From: Candidatus Symbiodolus clandestinus
GTDB lineage: Bacteria > Pseudomonadota > Gammaproteobacteria > Enterobacterales > G038960095
NCBI GenBank assembly: GCA_038960095.1
Contig: CP152425.1
Location: 56,309 to 88,308, forward strand
Direction: 5' to 3'
DNA: 32,000 nt
Each line of letters starts with the position of its first letter. The first letter of the stretch is position 1. Under the pieces are notes generated by a model, which saw only the letters and a program-made list of their open reading frames with translations, did not search any database and was not told where the DNA came from. Shown here piece after piece: positions 16,402-26,884 of this stretch. The translations under genes and the position numbers were made by a program.

Positions 16402-17688
16402 ATGGACCACAATAAAACCACAAAGGAAACAGAATTAACAGCTGCTAGAAAATCCTCTCAACAAGCCAGGAAAGATTTTTGCCGTAGATTTATCGTTCAG
16501 GATAACCTATCAGATGCACGTTCTGTTATAAGAAAAGATCCAGCATTGATTGATTCTCCTGATGCTTCGGGAGAAAATATGTTGAATTGTTCTATTAGAA
16601 AGGGAGACACCTTACTAACACATGGATTAATTAAGTTAGGGGCTAACGTTAATGCCGTGAATGGCAATAACCATACACCCTTGCAGACTGCTGTCAATGC
16701 CGGTAACGCCAAACTTGTTGAGATATTGAGAGAAAATAAGGCAGTTATCCGAGTTACCGATGACCGGCAAAACTTCAAAAAATTCCGGCTGGTTACAGCA
16801 TCTTCCTCAGAGTCATCGATCTCCTGTGCAGATAGTGATAATCAACTATTGGCAGCGTCCCCTTTAACCCCTCGGGATGGGAAACGAGAAGCAGTTGTAT
16901 TACAGGAAGCTAATCAATCACCGGATATTAAGCTTGGAGGCAAATCCACACCTGTTCCAAAATTGTCACTAAGATCGATTAATCCTAACAATAGATTGGA
17001 GGAGAGCAACAAAACTTATGCCGATTCCTCTCAACCAAGCTTGGGCTTTCGAGCATTAGCAACTTCTAGAAGTTTACATAACCTTCCTGAAAATCCTCTA
17101 CCTTTTGGAAAATCTCAATCTTTTGCCGTCGAACCTGAGAAAAAATTTCCTATAAAGCACTATCTAAAAGGTGTAATAAACAATATCGAGGAACCACATA
17201 GAGAACAATATAGTAATACACATGAGGAATATGGAGTAGCTATCAGCCGGCTGAGGGAAAGATTAATGATAGAAAAACCGCTAGCCAGTCGTCATCCCTC
17301 CAACGAATCGTCGACTGCCTCTTTAACAAGCTTCGATTCTACCGTTACCGGCGATGATCATTCGACTTTGCCTCTTTTATCGAGCATCGACTCTTCAGTC
17401 AGTGATAAGACGCCATCGCTTTTCTGTCGCTTGAAAAATACCGAAAACCTTATCAGGTTAGAAGACCATCAAGGAGATGATGCAAAACCTGATAGCCCAA
17501 ACCAGCCACCGGTTAATCATTTAGAGCTCCCTTTGGCCTTCGCAGCCGATAAGCTAGCCGCCAGCGTAGCATCCTCTACTAATGCTGCCGAAACTGGCTG
17601 TGAAATCTCATCTCCTGCCGTGGAACTGCAGGTTTGCTGTTGCCCATCGTTTTTTTCCCACAGGTCATCAAAGCTAAAACCATCCTGA
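16402..17688 (+). CDS. Ankyrin-repeat protein with a long serine/proline-rich, low-complexity C-terminal region
   Basis: 428-aa ORF. ANK repeats lie at about residues 55-125 (GENMLNCSIRKGDTLLTHGLIKLGANVNAVNGNNHTPLQTAVNAGNAKLVEILRENKA). The remainder is S/P/N-rich and ends ..ELQVCCCPSFFSHRSSKLKPS. It is flanked by a 337-bp AT-rich leader region and a good terminator. Confidence 0.75.
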   Translation: MDHNKTTKETELTAARKSSQQARKDFCRRFIVQDNLSDARSVIRKDPALIDSPDASGENMLNCSIRKGDTLLTHGLIKLGANVNAVNGNNHTPLQTAVNAGNAKLVEILRENKAVIRVTDDRQNFKKFRLVTASSSESSISCADSDNQLLAASPLTPRDGKREAVVLQEANQSPDIKLGGKSTPVPKLSLRSINPNNRLEESNKTYADSSQPSLGFRALATSRSLHNLPENPLPFGKSQSFAVEPEKKFPIKHYLKGVINNIEEPHREQYSNTHEEYGVAISRLRERLMIEKPLASRHPSNESSTASLTSFDSTVTGDDHSTLPLLSSIDSSVSDKTPSLFCRLKNTENLIRLEDHQGDDAKPDSPNQPPVNHLELPLAFAADKLAASVASSTNAAETGCEISSPAVELQVCCCPSFFSHRSSKLKPS

Positions 17689-17696
17689 TAATCCAG

Positions 17697-17744
17697 AAAC
17701 TGACCAGTCTTTTGTAAACGTTGGTCAGTTTTCTGTTCTTTTCC
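17697..17744 (+). terminator. Rho-independent terminator after the ankyrin gene
   Basis: A 10-bp perfect stem, aaactgacca (17697-17706) with tggtcagttt (17722-17731), encloses a 15-nt loop and is followed by the T-rich tctgttcttttcc. Confidence 0.6.
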
Positions 17745-17842
17745 TCCGATTCAGGTGAAAAAATTCCCTATCAACCGGCAGATGATATACCCTCTAAAAT
17801 CCCCAACTATTTGACAGTTTTCCATAAATTTAGAAGCTACCG

Positions 17843-20512
17843 ATGACTGCTGACAACCTAAACTCACACGCTCTAGTTCCACCCCAACCCACCACCTACC
17901 AGCGGCAGGCCTATCGGCCGCCAGACTATTACATCACAAACATTGCCCTGCACTGTGAATTACATCCACAAAAAACCCAAATCACTGCACATAGTCAGCT
18001 GGTCCGTAATACTCCTTATCGTCGCTCTCTGTGGCTGGATGGCCGAGAGTTGATACTGCAGCGACTAGAAATCAATGGCAATCCATGGCGCCACTACCAA
18101 TGCTATCCCCATGGATTGTGGTTAACTGAACTCCCGGAAGCTTTTTCACTAACCATTATCACAGAAATTTCTCCGATTAATAACACATCGCTCATGGGTC
18201 TCTATCAATCGGCAGACACCCTTTGTACTCAGTGTGAAGCCGAGGGTTTCCGCCGTATCACCTACTATTTAGATCGCCCGGATGTCTTAGCACGCTTTCA
18301 AACTACTTTAATTGCTGATGCCCAGCAGTATCCCGTATTGCTCTCCAATGGCAACCGGCATGCTCAAGGGCAGTTAGCGGATGGACGCCACTGGGTAGAA
18401 TGGCACGATCCTTTTCCCAAGCCCTGCTATCTATTTGCTCTAGTCGCCGGTAATTTTGATCAATTGCTAGACCATTTTGTCACCGCTTCGGGACGTTCGG
18501 TCACTTTGGAATTTTATGTCGATCAGGGTAAACAACAACAAGCTCGTTGGGCCATGACTGCCTTAAAACAGGCCATGCATTGGGATGAACAGCGCTATGG
18601 CTTAGAGTATGATTTAGAAATATATGCTGTCGTGGCAGTGGCTTTTTTTAATATGGGCGCGATGGAAAATAAAGGACTTAATATTTTTAATGAGAAATAT
18701 ATCCTAGCCAATCCTCAGTGTGCTACCGATGAAGATTATCAAAACATTACTCGAGTGATTGGGCATGAATATTTCCATAATTGGACCGGCAATCGCATCA
18801 CTTGCCGGGATTGGTTTCAATTAAGCTTAAAATAGGGTTTGACGGTTTTCCGAGAGCAGTGCTTTATGGCTGATCTTCAAGAGCGAGAAGTGCAACGTAT
18901 TGATAGTGCCCGCTTAATTTTCGGTGCCCAATTTGCCGAAGACCAAGGACCGCTTGCCCATCCGATCCGACCTGAATCGGTGATGGAAATTAATAACTTT
19001 TATACGGTCACCATCTATGAAAAGGGTGCGGAAGTGATCCGTATGCTCCACACCCTACTGGGTGAGTGCCGATTTCAGGCAGGATTACGTCTTTACATTC
19101 AGCGCTATGATGGGCAAGCAGCGACATGCGATGACTTTCTACAAGCGATGAGTGATGCATCTGGAGAAGATCTACAGCCCTTTAGTCTTTGGCATAGTCA
19201 ATCAGGAACCCCTCAGCTTACTATTGCCGATGACTACGATCCGATTCATCAAAGGTACCAACTGCAAATCTGTCAGCACACTGAACCAACTCTCGATCAG
19301 ACAGAAAAATTTCCCCTGGTGATTCCAATTGGCATCGCCCTTTACACTGATCAGGGTGAAGCCTTACCCTTAATGGTTCAAGGTCAGACTCAGCCGCCAC
19401 TTTGGATCCTTCGGCAAAGCGAACAAACCCTTACCTTTGAGCAGTTGTCACAAAAACCGATTCCAGCACTACTCATTGGTTTTTCTGCTCCAGTCGCTTT
19501 ACATTACCCTTATCAGCCGGAACAGTTAGCTTGTTTGATGCAGTATGCTGACGATCCGTTTATTCGCTGGGATGCCTGCCAACGCTTGGTATTGGAGGTC
19601 ATCGATGACAACATACGGCGCTGGCAACGATCACAACCGCTAGAATGTCCCCTTATTCTGCTCAAAGCCTTCCAAACAGTATTGGCAGCTGAGAATCTCA
19701 GTCCGGCGTTACAAGCACGCTTGCTCACCTTAGCCAGTGAAGCTGAATTGCTCGAGGCATTGCAGCCAGTTGATCCCTTTGCCCTATCCCAGGTACGCCG
19801 CTACATTTTGCAACAATTAGCACAAGAGCTAGATACCGAGTGGCTGGCTCTCTATCAAGCCACAGCACCCACTCAAACTTATTCTCCTGAACCCACGGCT
19901 ATGCAGCAGCGAGCACTATGCCACTGTGCTTTACACTACTTAACCTTGCATAAGGCGGTTGATCTCCGTGGGATCAGCGCACTCTCACTAATCATGACAC
20001 ATTATCATCAAGCCGATAATCTAACCGCGCAACTGGCTGCTTTAAGCAGTGCAGTAGTGGCTCAATTACCCTGCTATCTCACTCTATTAGCCGATTTTGA
20101 ACAGCGCTGGTCACATGAAGGGATGGTAATGGATAAATGGTTCACGCTACAGGCGATCAATCCTGCTAACGACGTTATTGAAAGAATACAAACGCTACTG
20201 CACCACCCAGCCTTTAGCTTACACAACCCTAATCGAGTTCGAGCCTTAGTGGGGAGTTTCTGTAAACAGAATATTGCGGCGTTTCATGCCAGTAACGGGA
20301 GAGGTTATCAATGGTTGAGTGAAGTTGTGCAACAAGTCGATCCGCAAAACCCGCAGCTGGCCTCGCAACTGATTGATCCGCTATTGCCATTTCATCGCTA
20401 TCCAGCCAAACAATCCCGTTTGATGCGGCAACACTTACAGCAATTGGCAGCCTTACCTAACTTATCTGACGATCTCCTGGAGAAGCTTCAAAAGGCCCTG
20501 ACTATTCACTAA
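17843..20512 (+). pseudogene. pepN: Aminopeptidase N (M1 family) interrupted by one in-frame TAG codon at 18833-18835
   Basis: Track ORFs 17843..18835 and 18839..20512 are in the same frame and are separated only by TAG-GGT. The sequence reads [31 protein letters not shown], where E. coli PepN has ..WFQLSLKEGLTVFRDQ. GAMEN and HEXXH motifs are present, and the protein is otherwise collinear with the 870-aa E. coli PepN. Confidence 0.85.
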
Positions 20513-20543
20513 CTTTTAATATCAAAATTGCAGCAACTAATAA

Positions 20544-20571
20544 AAAGCCATGCGTTCATACGCATGGCTTT
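20544..20571. terminator. Bidirectional Rho-independent terminator between the convergent pepN and OMP genes
   Basis: aaagccatgcg / cgcatggcttt form an 11-bp perfect stem (core agccatgcg 20546-20554 with cgcatggct 20561-20569) around the loop ttcata. An A-run lies on the left and a T-run on the right. Confidence 0.7.
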
Positions 20572-20589
20572 CACTAAAACAATTGCTAA

Positions 20590-21627
20590 CTAAAAAGCGT
20601 AACGTAAGCCCACGTTCACCTGATGACCAGCTTTAGGAGAGACATTGCCTAGCTTCAACATCTTGCTGATAGTATAACCGGCCTCTGCTTGCCAATTAGC
20701 ACCAAGTGCATAGTAGCCTTCAATACTACCTTCATGACTTAAACCCCGCCTTGTCTCAGAAATAGATTGCACTTCTAGAGCGCTCAAATTAAATAGCTCC
20801 CCTTCAAGCTTTGATCGATCATAGCGTACCTGGTAAGCCAGTCGTACCTTAAAATCATCGGTAAGTTTAATTCGAGATCCTATCTCTATCGCTGGTGCTA
20901 TTTTACTCTTAACAGTCAATTTTGATTGGATAATGGCATCCACTTTTTTTGCTTTATCTGAAATTAGCAAAGCATCTGTTGTGGAAGCCCATGCTATCAA
21001 CCCTGCCAATTTTTCTACCCGTTCTGCACTATCTATGCCATTCGCTTGACATCCCTCTAAAATACTTTGATTATTCGGTAGCCCATCAGTAATCGGATTA
21101 ATAAGCTGGGCGGGAACGCCGACTTGCTGCAGAAATCCACTCACCTCATGTACAGACTTGTAACGTGCATAATAACCAGCAGAAAGCGCAGAATAACCCT
21201 GTTTAATTCCTTTTTTACCCACTGCATTCAAACGCACTTCCCGCGGCAAATCGGGTTGACTTAATCCAGCTAAAACATAAAAGCTAGCGTTCTCACCAAT
21301 CGGCATATAGTGGCCCAAACCGACAAAATATCCCAAAGATCTGTTGTTAAAACCACGTAACCGCATTTCCGTAAACAAACCATTCCCGAGATCATAACTG
21401 CCCCGTAAATAGCCACCCATCGTACTCTTTTTCAATACTAAGGATTCATTGTTCAGAAAACCGTCAACTGAGTCGGCAAATTTTTCAGTTAAGGGATTAG
21501 CCCATCCACTGTTATCCCGAACTGCACCCATAGATAGACAAGTATAATCTGCTGCCTGATCAGCTATCGCTACTGGAGCCATTAATAAACCACTAAGCAT
21601 CAGTACCAATTTTCTATTACTTTTCAT
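20590..21627 (-). CDS. Outer-membrane beta-barrel protein, paralog 2, with a larger central insert
   Basis: Signal peptide MKSNRKLVLMLSGLLMAPVAIA and C-terminal GLRYAF. It shares GGY.(H/R)GSYD..N.LF.E, GLG.Y.P and SFY.L.G.S.P with the 15210..16064 product. Confidence 0.7.
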   Translation of the reverse strand: MKSNRKLVLMLSGLLMAPVAIADQAADYTCLSMGAVRDNSGWANPLTEKFADSVDGFLNNESLVLKKSTMGGYLRGSYDLGNGLFTEMRLRGFNNRSLGYFVGLGHYMPIGENASFYVLAGLSQPDLPREVRLNAVGKKGIKQGYSALSAGYYARYKSVHEVSGFLQQVGVPAQLINPITDGLPNNQSILEGCQANGIDSAERVEKLAGLIAWASTTDALLISDKAKKVDAIIQSKLTVKSKIAPAIEIGSRIKLTDDFKVRLAYQVRYDRSKLEGELFNLSALEVQSISETRRGLSHEGSIEGYYALGANWQAEAGYTISKMLKLGNVSPKAGHQVNVGLRYAF

Positions 21628-21982
21628 AAAACTCCACTTACCACGAGGCCCAAACTAATTTAAAAAAATATTAACAATTTTATAAATAAATGGTTACTAA
21701 TTAGCAAATTAATCATTGTAATTTCGAACTATAACTCAGAAAAAGTACGTAATGTCTCACAAAAAACACTTTTTGTGACCTTGATCAATTTTTTTACAAA
21801 AAATTAACTTAAAGGCATCTATTTAATCCACGACACTTCCCCGGCAGCGGTCCATAGTTGCAGGATTTTCTATTTTTTAAGCTAAATCAAGCTTAGCCCG
21901 CACTTTTAAGGTGATTTTTTTGCTTCAATAATGGTTTAATATTATCTAGCCAACCACTGATTGAACTAAGGAGCAGGCGTTG

Positions 21983-24900
21983 ATGGCTTCCAACGATATC
22001 CTCTCTTCTACCCTATTTGAAAAAATTCCGCAGCGAGTCAAAGAAAAATTGCCGACTGCTGAAGCAGCACAGGTGATCTATTTCGCCGAAACTCTATTTA
22101 GTAACCTCCCTCTGGAGGATTGGTATCAGCGCAGTGAATGTAACCTTTACGGGGCATTGATCAGCCTATGGCAGCATCTACAAGCCACAACGACCAATGC
22201 TTTGTCGATCCGTATCTACAATCCACAAATTGAGCAGCACGGCTGGCAATCACCACATACTCTGGTTGAAATTATGTTGCCTGATCGACCTTTTGTCGTC
22301 GATTCGGTACGATTGGTTTTTGAACGGCTACAGATTCCCATTGGTTTAATGTTGCATGGCCCATTCCCGGTTGTTCGTGATTCTCAAGGGAATGTCATCG
22401 GTTTTGATACTCAAGCAGAGCAAGTAACCTACTACACCATCTGCCAAGTTGAAGCCGGTAGGCTATTAACTGAAGAAGAGATGCAACAGTTAGAGCGTGA
22501 ATTACGACCCGTTATGAATGAGGTGATCCTAGCAGTCGATGATTGGTCACCAATGCGAGAACGTCTGCAAGCGATTTCTGAATGCTTTAACCAACAGTCT
22601 TTACCGGTTGATCCTGCTTTACAACAAGAAAGTAATGAATTTATTCAATGGATCCTGGCAGGCAACTTTATTTTATTAGGTTATCAACGGCTACTGCTGC
22701 ATCCCGTTAATGGCGATTACTGCCTGCAACCTGAAGTAGGAAGTGCACTGGGTATCGCTCGACGTAGCAATGAAAAGCATCGAATCTGCCTTGCCGATTT
22801 TCCGGAAAGTGCTCGTCGAGAAATGGGACGACCTAGCCTACTAATCCTTACCAAATCTAGCCATCGAAGCCGCATTCACCGAGCGGCTTACCTCGACTAT
22901 ATAGGTATTAAGCGCTTTAATGAGCAGGGCCATGTGATTGGTGAAGAGCGCCTGATTGGTCTTTATACCTCATCAACCTATGTGCAAAGTGCTCAGCAAA
23001 TCCCCCTAATTCGCCATAAAGTACAACGAATTTTACAGCAATCTGGCTTAAGAGCCAGCTGTCATGCTTATAAGTCGATGATCAACATCCTAGAAAGCCT
23101 ACCGCGTGATGAGCTGATTCACGCCCATGAAGAGGAGCTGACTGAGGTAGCTGTTGGGGTCTATCAAATGCACAATCGCGATAGCACGCGGCTGTTTATT
23201 CGACGCGATCCCTATGGCCATTTCTTCTCTTGCTTAGTATTTTTACCAGGGAAACGCTATAACAGTCAGCTGCGAATGAAATCCCAAGCTATCTTGCAAC
23301 AAGCTTTAAACAGCCAGCAACCAGTTGAATATCATGTGCTTTCGGCAGGTGAACGATTAACACGGGTGCATTACATTGTTTGGGTTAATGACAACAATAT
23401 TGAGGTCAATGTGAAAGCAATTGAACAAAATCTCATTGAAGCGGCCAACACTTGGGAAGATATGCTGCATAAAGCTCTACTAACCCATTTTGGTAACCTA
23501 AATGGGAAACAGCTAGCACAGCAGTTTGCTAATGCCTTCCCGCGTGCTTATCAAGATAACGTTCTCCCAAGTGCTGCAGTGGCCGATATTGGGCAGTTAG
23601 AAAGGCTTTCCGAGCAGTCACCCCTTGGCATGTTATTTTATCGCCCACAAGAACTACAGACTGATACGACGCTAATTAAATTAAAGCTATTTAAACAACA
23701 TGAGCCCCTACCACTGTCTGATATTATGCCGGTATTGGAAAATTTAGGGCTCCGTGTCATTGGCGAAACTCCTTACGCCATTCATACGCCTGATGGCCGC
23801 TGCTTTTGGATCCTCGATTTCCATATGACACAACAAGCCAATGGCCTGGATTTAACGCAAGCACAAGCTCGCCTACAAGAGGCATTAGAAGGTATTTGTT
23901 TTGCCCGCTATGAAAACGATGGCCTTAATCGACTGGTCTTGGCTGGACTGACTGCACGCCAAGTGGTGGTATTGCGTGCCTACGCCCGTTATTTACGGCA
24001 AACGGGTACACTCTTTAGCCAGCACTACATTGAACGGGTTTTAACTCGACACAGTGACGTTGCACGCTTATTAGTAGAATTGTTCGAATGCCGCTTTAAT
24101 CCTGAAATCACTTATGATGCTAACCAACAGCAACAGCTCAGTCGGCAGATTAATCAAGCGTTAGAAGCAGTTGCCATACTAGACGAAGATCGAATTATTC
24201 GTCGCTATCAGGAGATGATCTTAGCTACCGTTCGGACCAACTATTTTCAACAGCTTCCTGATGGCTGCCATAAGAGTTGGGTAAGCTTTAAGTTACACCC
24301 TGAAACACTCTCTGATATGCCACTGCCCTTACCTCGCTTTGAAATCTTCGTCTACTCTCCGACCGTGGAGGGCATTCATCTACGCAGCGGCAAAGTAGCC
24401 CGTGGTGGCCTTCGCTGGTCCGATCGCCTAGAAGACTTCCGCTGTGAAGTCCTGGGATTGATGAAAGCTCAACAGGTCAAGAATGGCGTCATCGTACCCG
24501 TTGGCGCTAAAGGCGGGTTTATCTGCAAAAGCCTGCTACAGGATCAAGAGCAGGATAGAGCCAGCCAGATCGCTGAAGCAAAACGCTGCTATCAAACTTT
24601 TATCCGTGCCTTGCTTGATGTTACCGATAATATTGTTCAAGGACAAATTGTTGCTCCGCCCCAAGTCATTCGCCATGATGAAGATGATCCCTATTTGGTG
24701 GTCGCTGCTGATAAAGGAACGGCTACCTTTTCTGACTTAGCCAATGCCATCGCTGAAGAATACCAATTTTGGTTACGGGATGCCTTTGCCTCTGGCGGCT
24801 CTAATGGTTATGACCATAAAAAGATGGGTATTACTGCGCGTGGCGCTTGGGAAGCTGTTAAACGGCACTTTCGAGAGATCGGCGTTGATTGTCAGACAAC

Positions 24901-26809
24901 TGAATTTACTGCCATCGGTATCGGCGACATGGCCGGCGATGTTTTCGGCAACGGCATGCTACAATCACCCCACGTCAAGCTAATCGCAGCTTTTAATCAC
25001 CAGCACATCTTCTTTGATCCTGAACCCGATGCACAACAGAGTTACCAAGAGCGGCAACGCCTGTTTAATTTGCCGAGTTCCAGCTGGAGCGACTATGACA
25101 ACAGCCTGATCTCTTTGGGCGGAGGGATATTTAGCCGTTCAGCAAAATCCATTCCTCTATCACCACAAATGCAGCAATGGTTGAATACCCGCGAAGCTGC
25201 ATTGTCACCTAATGCATTGATTCATGCGCTGCTGCAGCTACCGGTTGATCTGCTATGGAATGGCGGGATTGGCACTTATGTTAAAGCCACTTCAGAAAAC
25301 CATATCGATGTCGGTGATCGTACCAACGATATAGTGCGCATCAATGCCAAACAACTACACGCTAAGGTGGTTGGCGAAGGTGGTAACCTAGGGCTTACCC
25401 AACGTGGCCGAATCGAGTATGCACTGAAAGGTGGCCGCCTTAACACTGATTTCATTGATAACGTCGGTGGTGTCGACTGCTCAGATAACGAAGTCAACAT
25501 CAAAATCTTGCTGAATGCTCTGGTGGACAGTGGTGAGCTGACGCTGAAACAGCGCAATCAGCTACTTGAGGAGATGACCCAAGAGATAGCAACGATTGTC
25601 CTCAATGATGCTGACCAACAGGCACGGGGAATTTCAGTTACCGAGAATCGAGGAAGTGAAGTTCTCCGTGATATGGTCCGCTTGATCCATGCCTTAGAAA
25701 ATAGCGGGGATTTGAATCGAACCTTAGAGTTTTTACCGACTGATGAGGAGCTGAATGAGCGCCAATTGGACCACCAGGGGCTAACTCGCCCTGAATTAGC
25801 CGTCTTGGCTGCTTATAGTAAAATGGTACTTAAACAGGCTTTGGTTACCCCAGCGATTACTGAAGATCCGGTGCATCATCAAGAGTTACTGAACAATTTC
25901 CCACGAGTTCTGCGAACCCGGTTTTCCATGGCAATGAGTCAGCATCCACTCCGTCAAGAGATTATTGCCACCCAATTAGCTAATCGCGTGGTAAATGAGA
26001 TGGGAGCAGAATTTTGCTTACGGATGCAGGATGAGACCAGTGCTTCTTGGGTTGAGATCGTTAACGCCTATGTAGTCGCACGAACGGTATTCGATCTTGA
26101 TACCCTACTCACCGATATCGAGGCATTAAATAACCAAGTACTGCTTGAGATGCAATATGCTCTCTTAGTGGCTTGCCAACGTTTAATTCGCCGAGCGACT
26201 CGCTGGTTCTTACGCAATCGCAGTCGCCATACTTCTCCAACAGCAATGATCGAATTTTTTCGCCCTGTCTACCATTCTCTTTCCGCCCAATTAGCTGACT
26301 ACTTAGCCCCTGAACAGCAGCTAAGGCATCAAGAGGAAGCAGCTCATTATCAAGCCGCTGGCGTGCCTGATGTGCTGGCGTTGCGGATAACCGAAAATGC
26401 CCGTCTATGTGCAACTATGGACATTGCGGAGATTGCCGCGCAGCAGCAGCGTGAAGTATCTACCGTCGCCACGCTTTATTTTAGCTTGGGCATTGAATTG
26501 CATCTCGACTGGTTTTTATCGCAAATCCAGTTGCAGCGAGTAGAGAACCATTGGCAAGCCTTAGCGCGTGCCTCATTGCGTGAGGAGTTACAATGGCATC
26601 ATCGGTGTTTAACCGCTAAGGTATTAGCGACCTGTTCCCACAATGAAGAGACCGTAGCTTCGCTATTAATAACCTGGATCCAACAGAATGAAGCACAATT
26701 GTCTCGCTGGAATAAAATCTTAACTGAATTTAAGCTGGGTTCAGCACATGAATTCGCTAAATTCTCCGTTGCCATGCGCGAATTGACTTTATTACATACC
26801 AACAGTTAG
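21983..26809 (+). CDS. gdhB: Large (about 180 kDa) NAD-specific glutamate dehydrogenase
   Basis: 1608 aa from ATG 21983, with RBS AAGGAG at 21968-21973. Its size and motifs fit the large GDH family as I recall it, for example HLRSGKVARGGLRWSDR, MKAQQVKNGVIVPVGAKGGF, VVAADKGTATFSD, GITARGAWE, IGDMAGDVFGNGML and GEGGNLGLTQRGRIEY. Confidence 0.85.
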   Translation: MASNDILSSTLFEKIPQRVKEKLPTAEAAQVIYFAETLFSNLPLEDWYQRSECNLYGALISLWQHLQATTTNALSIRIYNPQIEQHGWQSPHTLVEIMLPDRPFVVDSVRLVFERLQIPIGLMLHGPFPVVRDSQGNVIGFDTQAEQVTYYTICQVEAGRLLTEEEMQQLERELRPVMNEVILAVDDWSPMRERLQAISECFNQQSLPVDPALQQESNEFIQWILAGNFILLGYQRLLLHPVNGDYCLQPEVGSALGIARRSNEKHRICLADFPESARREMGRPSLLILTKSSHRSRIHRAAYLDYIGIKRFNEQGHVIGEERLIGLYTSSTYVQSAQQIPLIRHKVQRILQQSGLRASCHAYKSMINILESLPRDELIHAHEEELTEVAVGVYQMHNRDSTRLFIRRDPYGHFFSCLVFLPGKRYNSQLRMKSQAILQQALNSQQPVEYHVLSAGERLTRVHYIVWVNDNNIEVNVKAIEQNLIEAANTWEDMLHKALLTHFGNLNGKQLAQQFANAFPRAYQDNVLPSAAVADIGQLERLSEQSPLGMLFYRPQELQTDTTLIKLKLFKQHEPLPLSDIMPVLENLGLRVIGETPYAIHTPDGRCFWILDFHMTQQANGLDLTQAQARLQEALEGICFARYENDGLNRLVLAGLTARQVVVLRAYARYLRQTGTLFSQHYIERVLTRHSDVARLLVELFECRFNPEITYDANQQQQLSRQINQALEAVAILDEDRIIRRYQEMILATVRTNYFQQLPDGCHKSWVSFKLHPETLSDMPLPLPRFEIFVYSPTVEGIHLRSGKVARGGLRWSDRLEDFRCEVLGLMKAQQVKNGVIVPVGAKGGFICKSLLQDQEQDRASQIAEAKRCYQTFIRALLDVTDNIVQGQIVAPPQVIRHDEDDPYLVVAADKGTATFSDLANAIAEEYQFWLRDAFASGGSNGYDHKKMGITARGAWEAVKRHFREIGVDCQTTEFTAIGIGDMAGDVFGNGMLQSPHVKLIAAFNHQHIFFDPEPDAQQSYQERQRLFNLPSSSWSDYDNSLISLGGGIFSRSAKSIPLSPQMQQWLNTREAALSPNALIHALLQLPVDLLWNGGIGTYVKATSENHIDVGDRTNDIVRINAKQLHAKVVGEGGNLGLTQRGRIEYALKGGRLNTDFIDNVGGVDCSDNEVNIKILLNALVDSGELTLKQRNQLLEEMTQEIATIVLNDADQQARGISVTENRGSEVLRDMVRLIHALENSGDLNRTLEFLPTDEELNERQLDHQGLTRPELAVLAAYSKMVLKQALVTPAITEDPVHHQELLNNFPRVLRTRFSMAMSQHPLRQEIIATQLANRVVNEMGAEFCLRMQDETSASWVEIVNAYVVARTVFDLDTLLTDIEALNNQVLLEMQYALLVACQRLIRRATRWFLRNRSRHTSPTAMIEFFRPVYHSLSAQLADYLAPEQQLRHQEEAAHYQAAGVPDVLALRITENARLCATMDIAEIAAQQQREVSTVATLYFSLGIELHLDWFLSQIQLQRVENHWQALARASLREELQWHHRCLTAKVLATCSHNEETVASLLITWIQQNEAQLSRWNKILTEFKLGSAHEFAKFSVAMRELTLLHTNS

Positions 26810-26884
26810 TTAATCTATGGGTGCCTCGAATCTAGAGGTACCCTAGCTCTTCTAGCAACCAATCACTGCTGTTCTGGAGGCTGA

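Noticed and set aside
16497-16778. Track ORF 16497..16778(-)
   Set aside because: It is antisense to the ANK-repeat-coding part of 16402..17688.
19513-19728. Track ORF 19513..19728(-)
   Set aside because: It is antisense within pepN.
21757-21778. CRP binding site
   Set aside because: The half-site pentamers are present but in reversed order and with 12-nt spacing. This is not the TGTGA-N6-TCACA architecture.
24483-26802. Track ORFs inside gdhB: 24483..24740, 24744..24983, 25276..25557(-), 26109..26414(-) and 26599..26802(-)
   Set aside because: All are nested in alternative frames of the 1608-codon gdhB gene, whose frame is supported by conserved GDH motifs.
26819-26843. Stem-loop between gdhB and pyrD as an intrinsic terminator
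   Set aside because: A 9-bp stem (with one G-U pair) exists, but no U-tract follows. It could be a processing or stability element, and I cannot support a terminator call.
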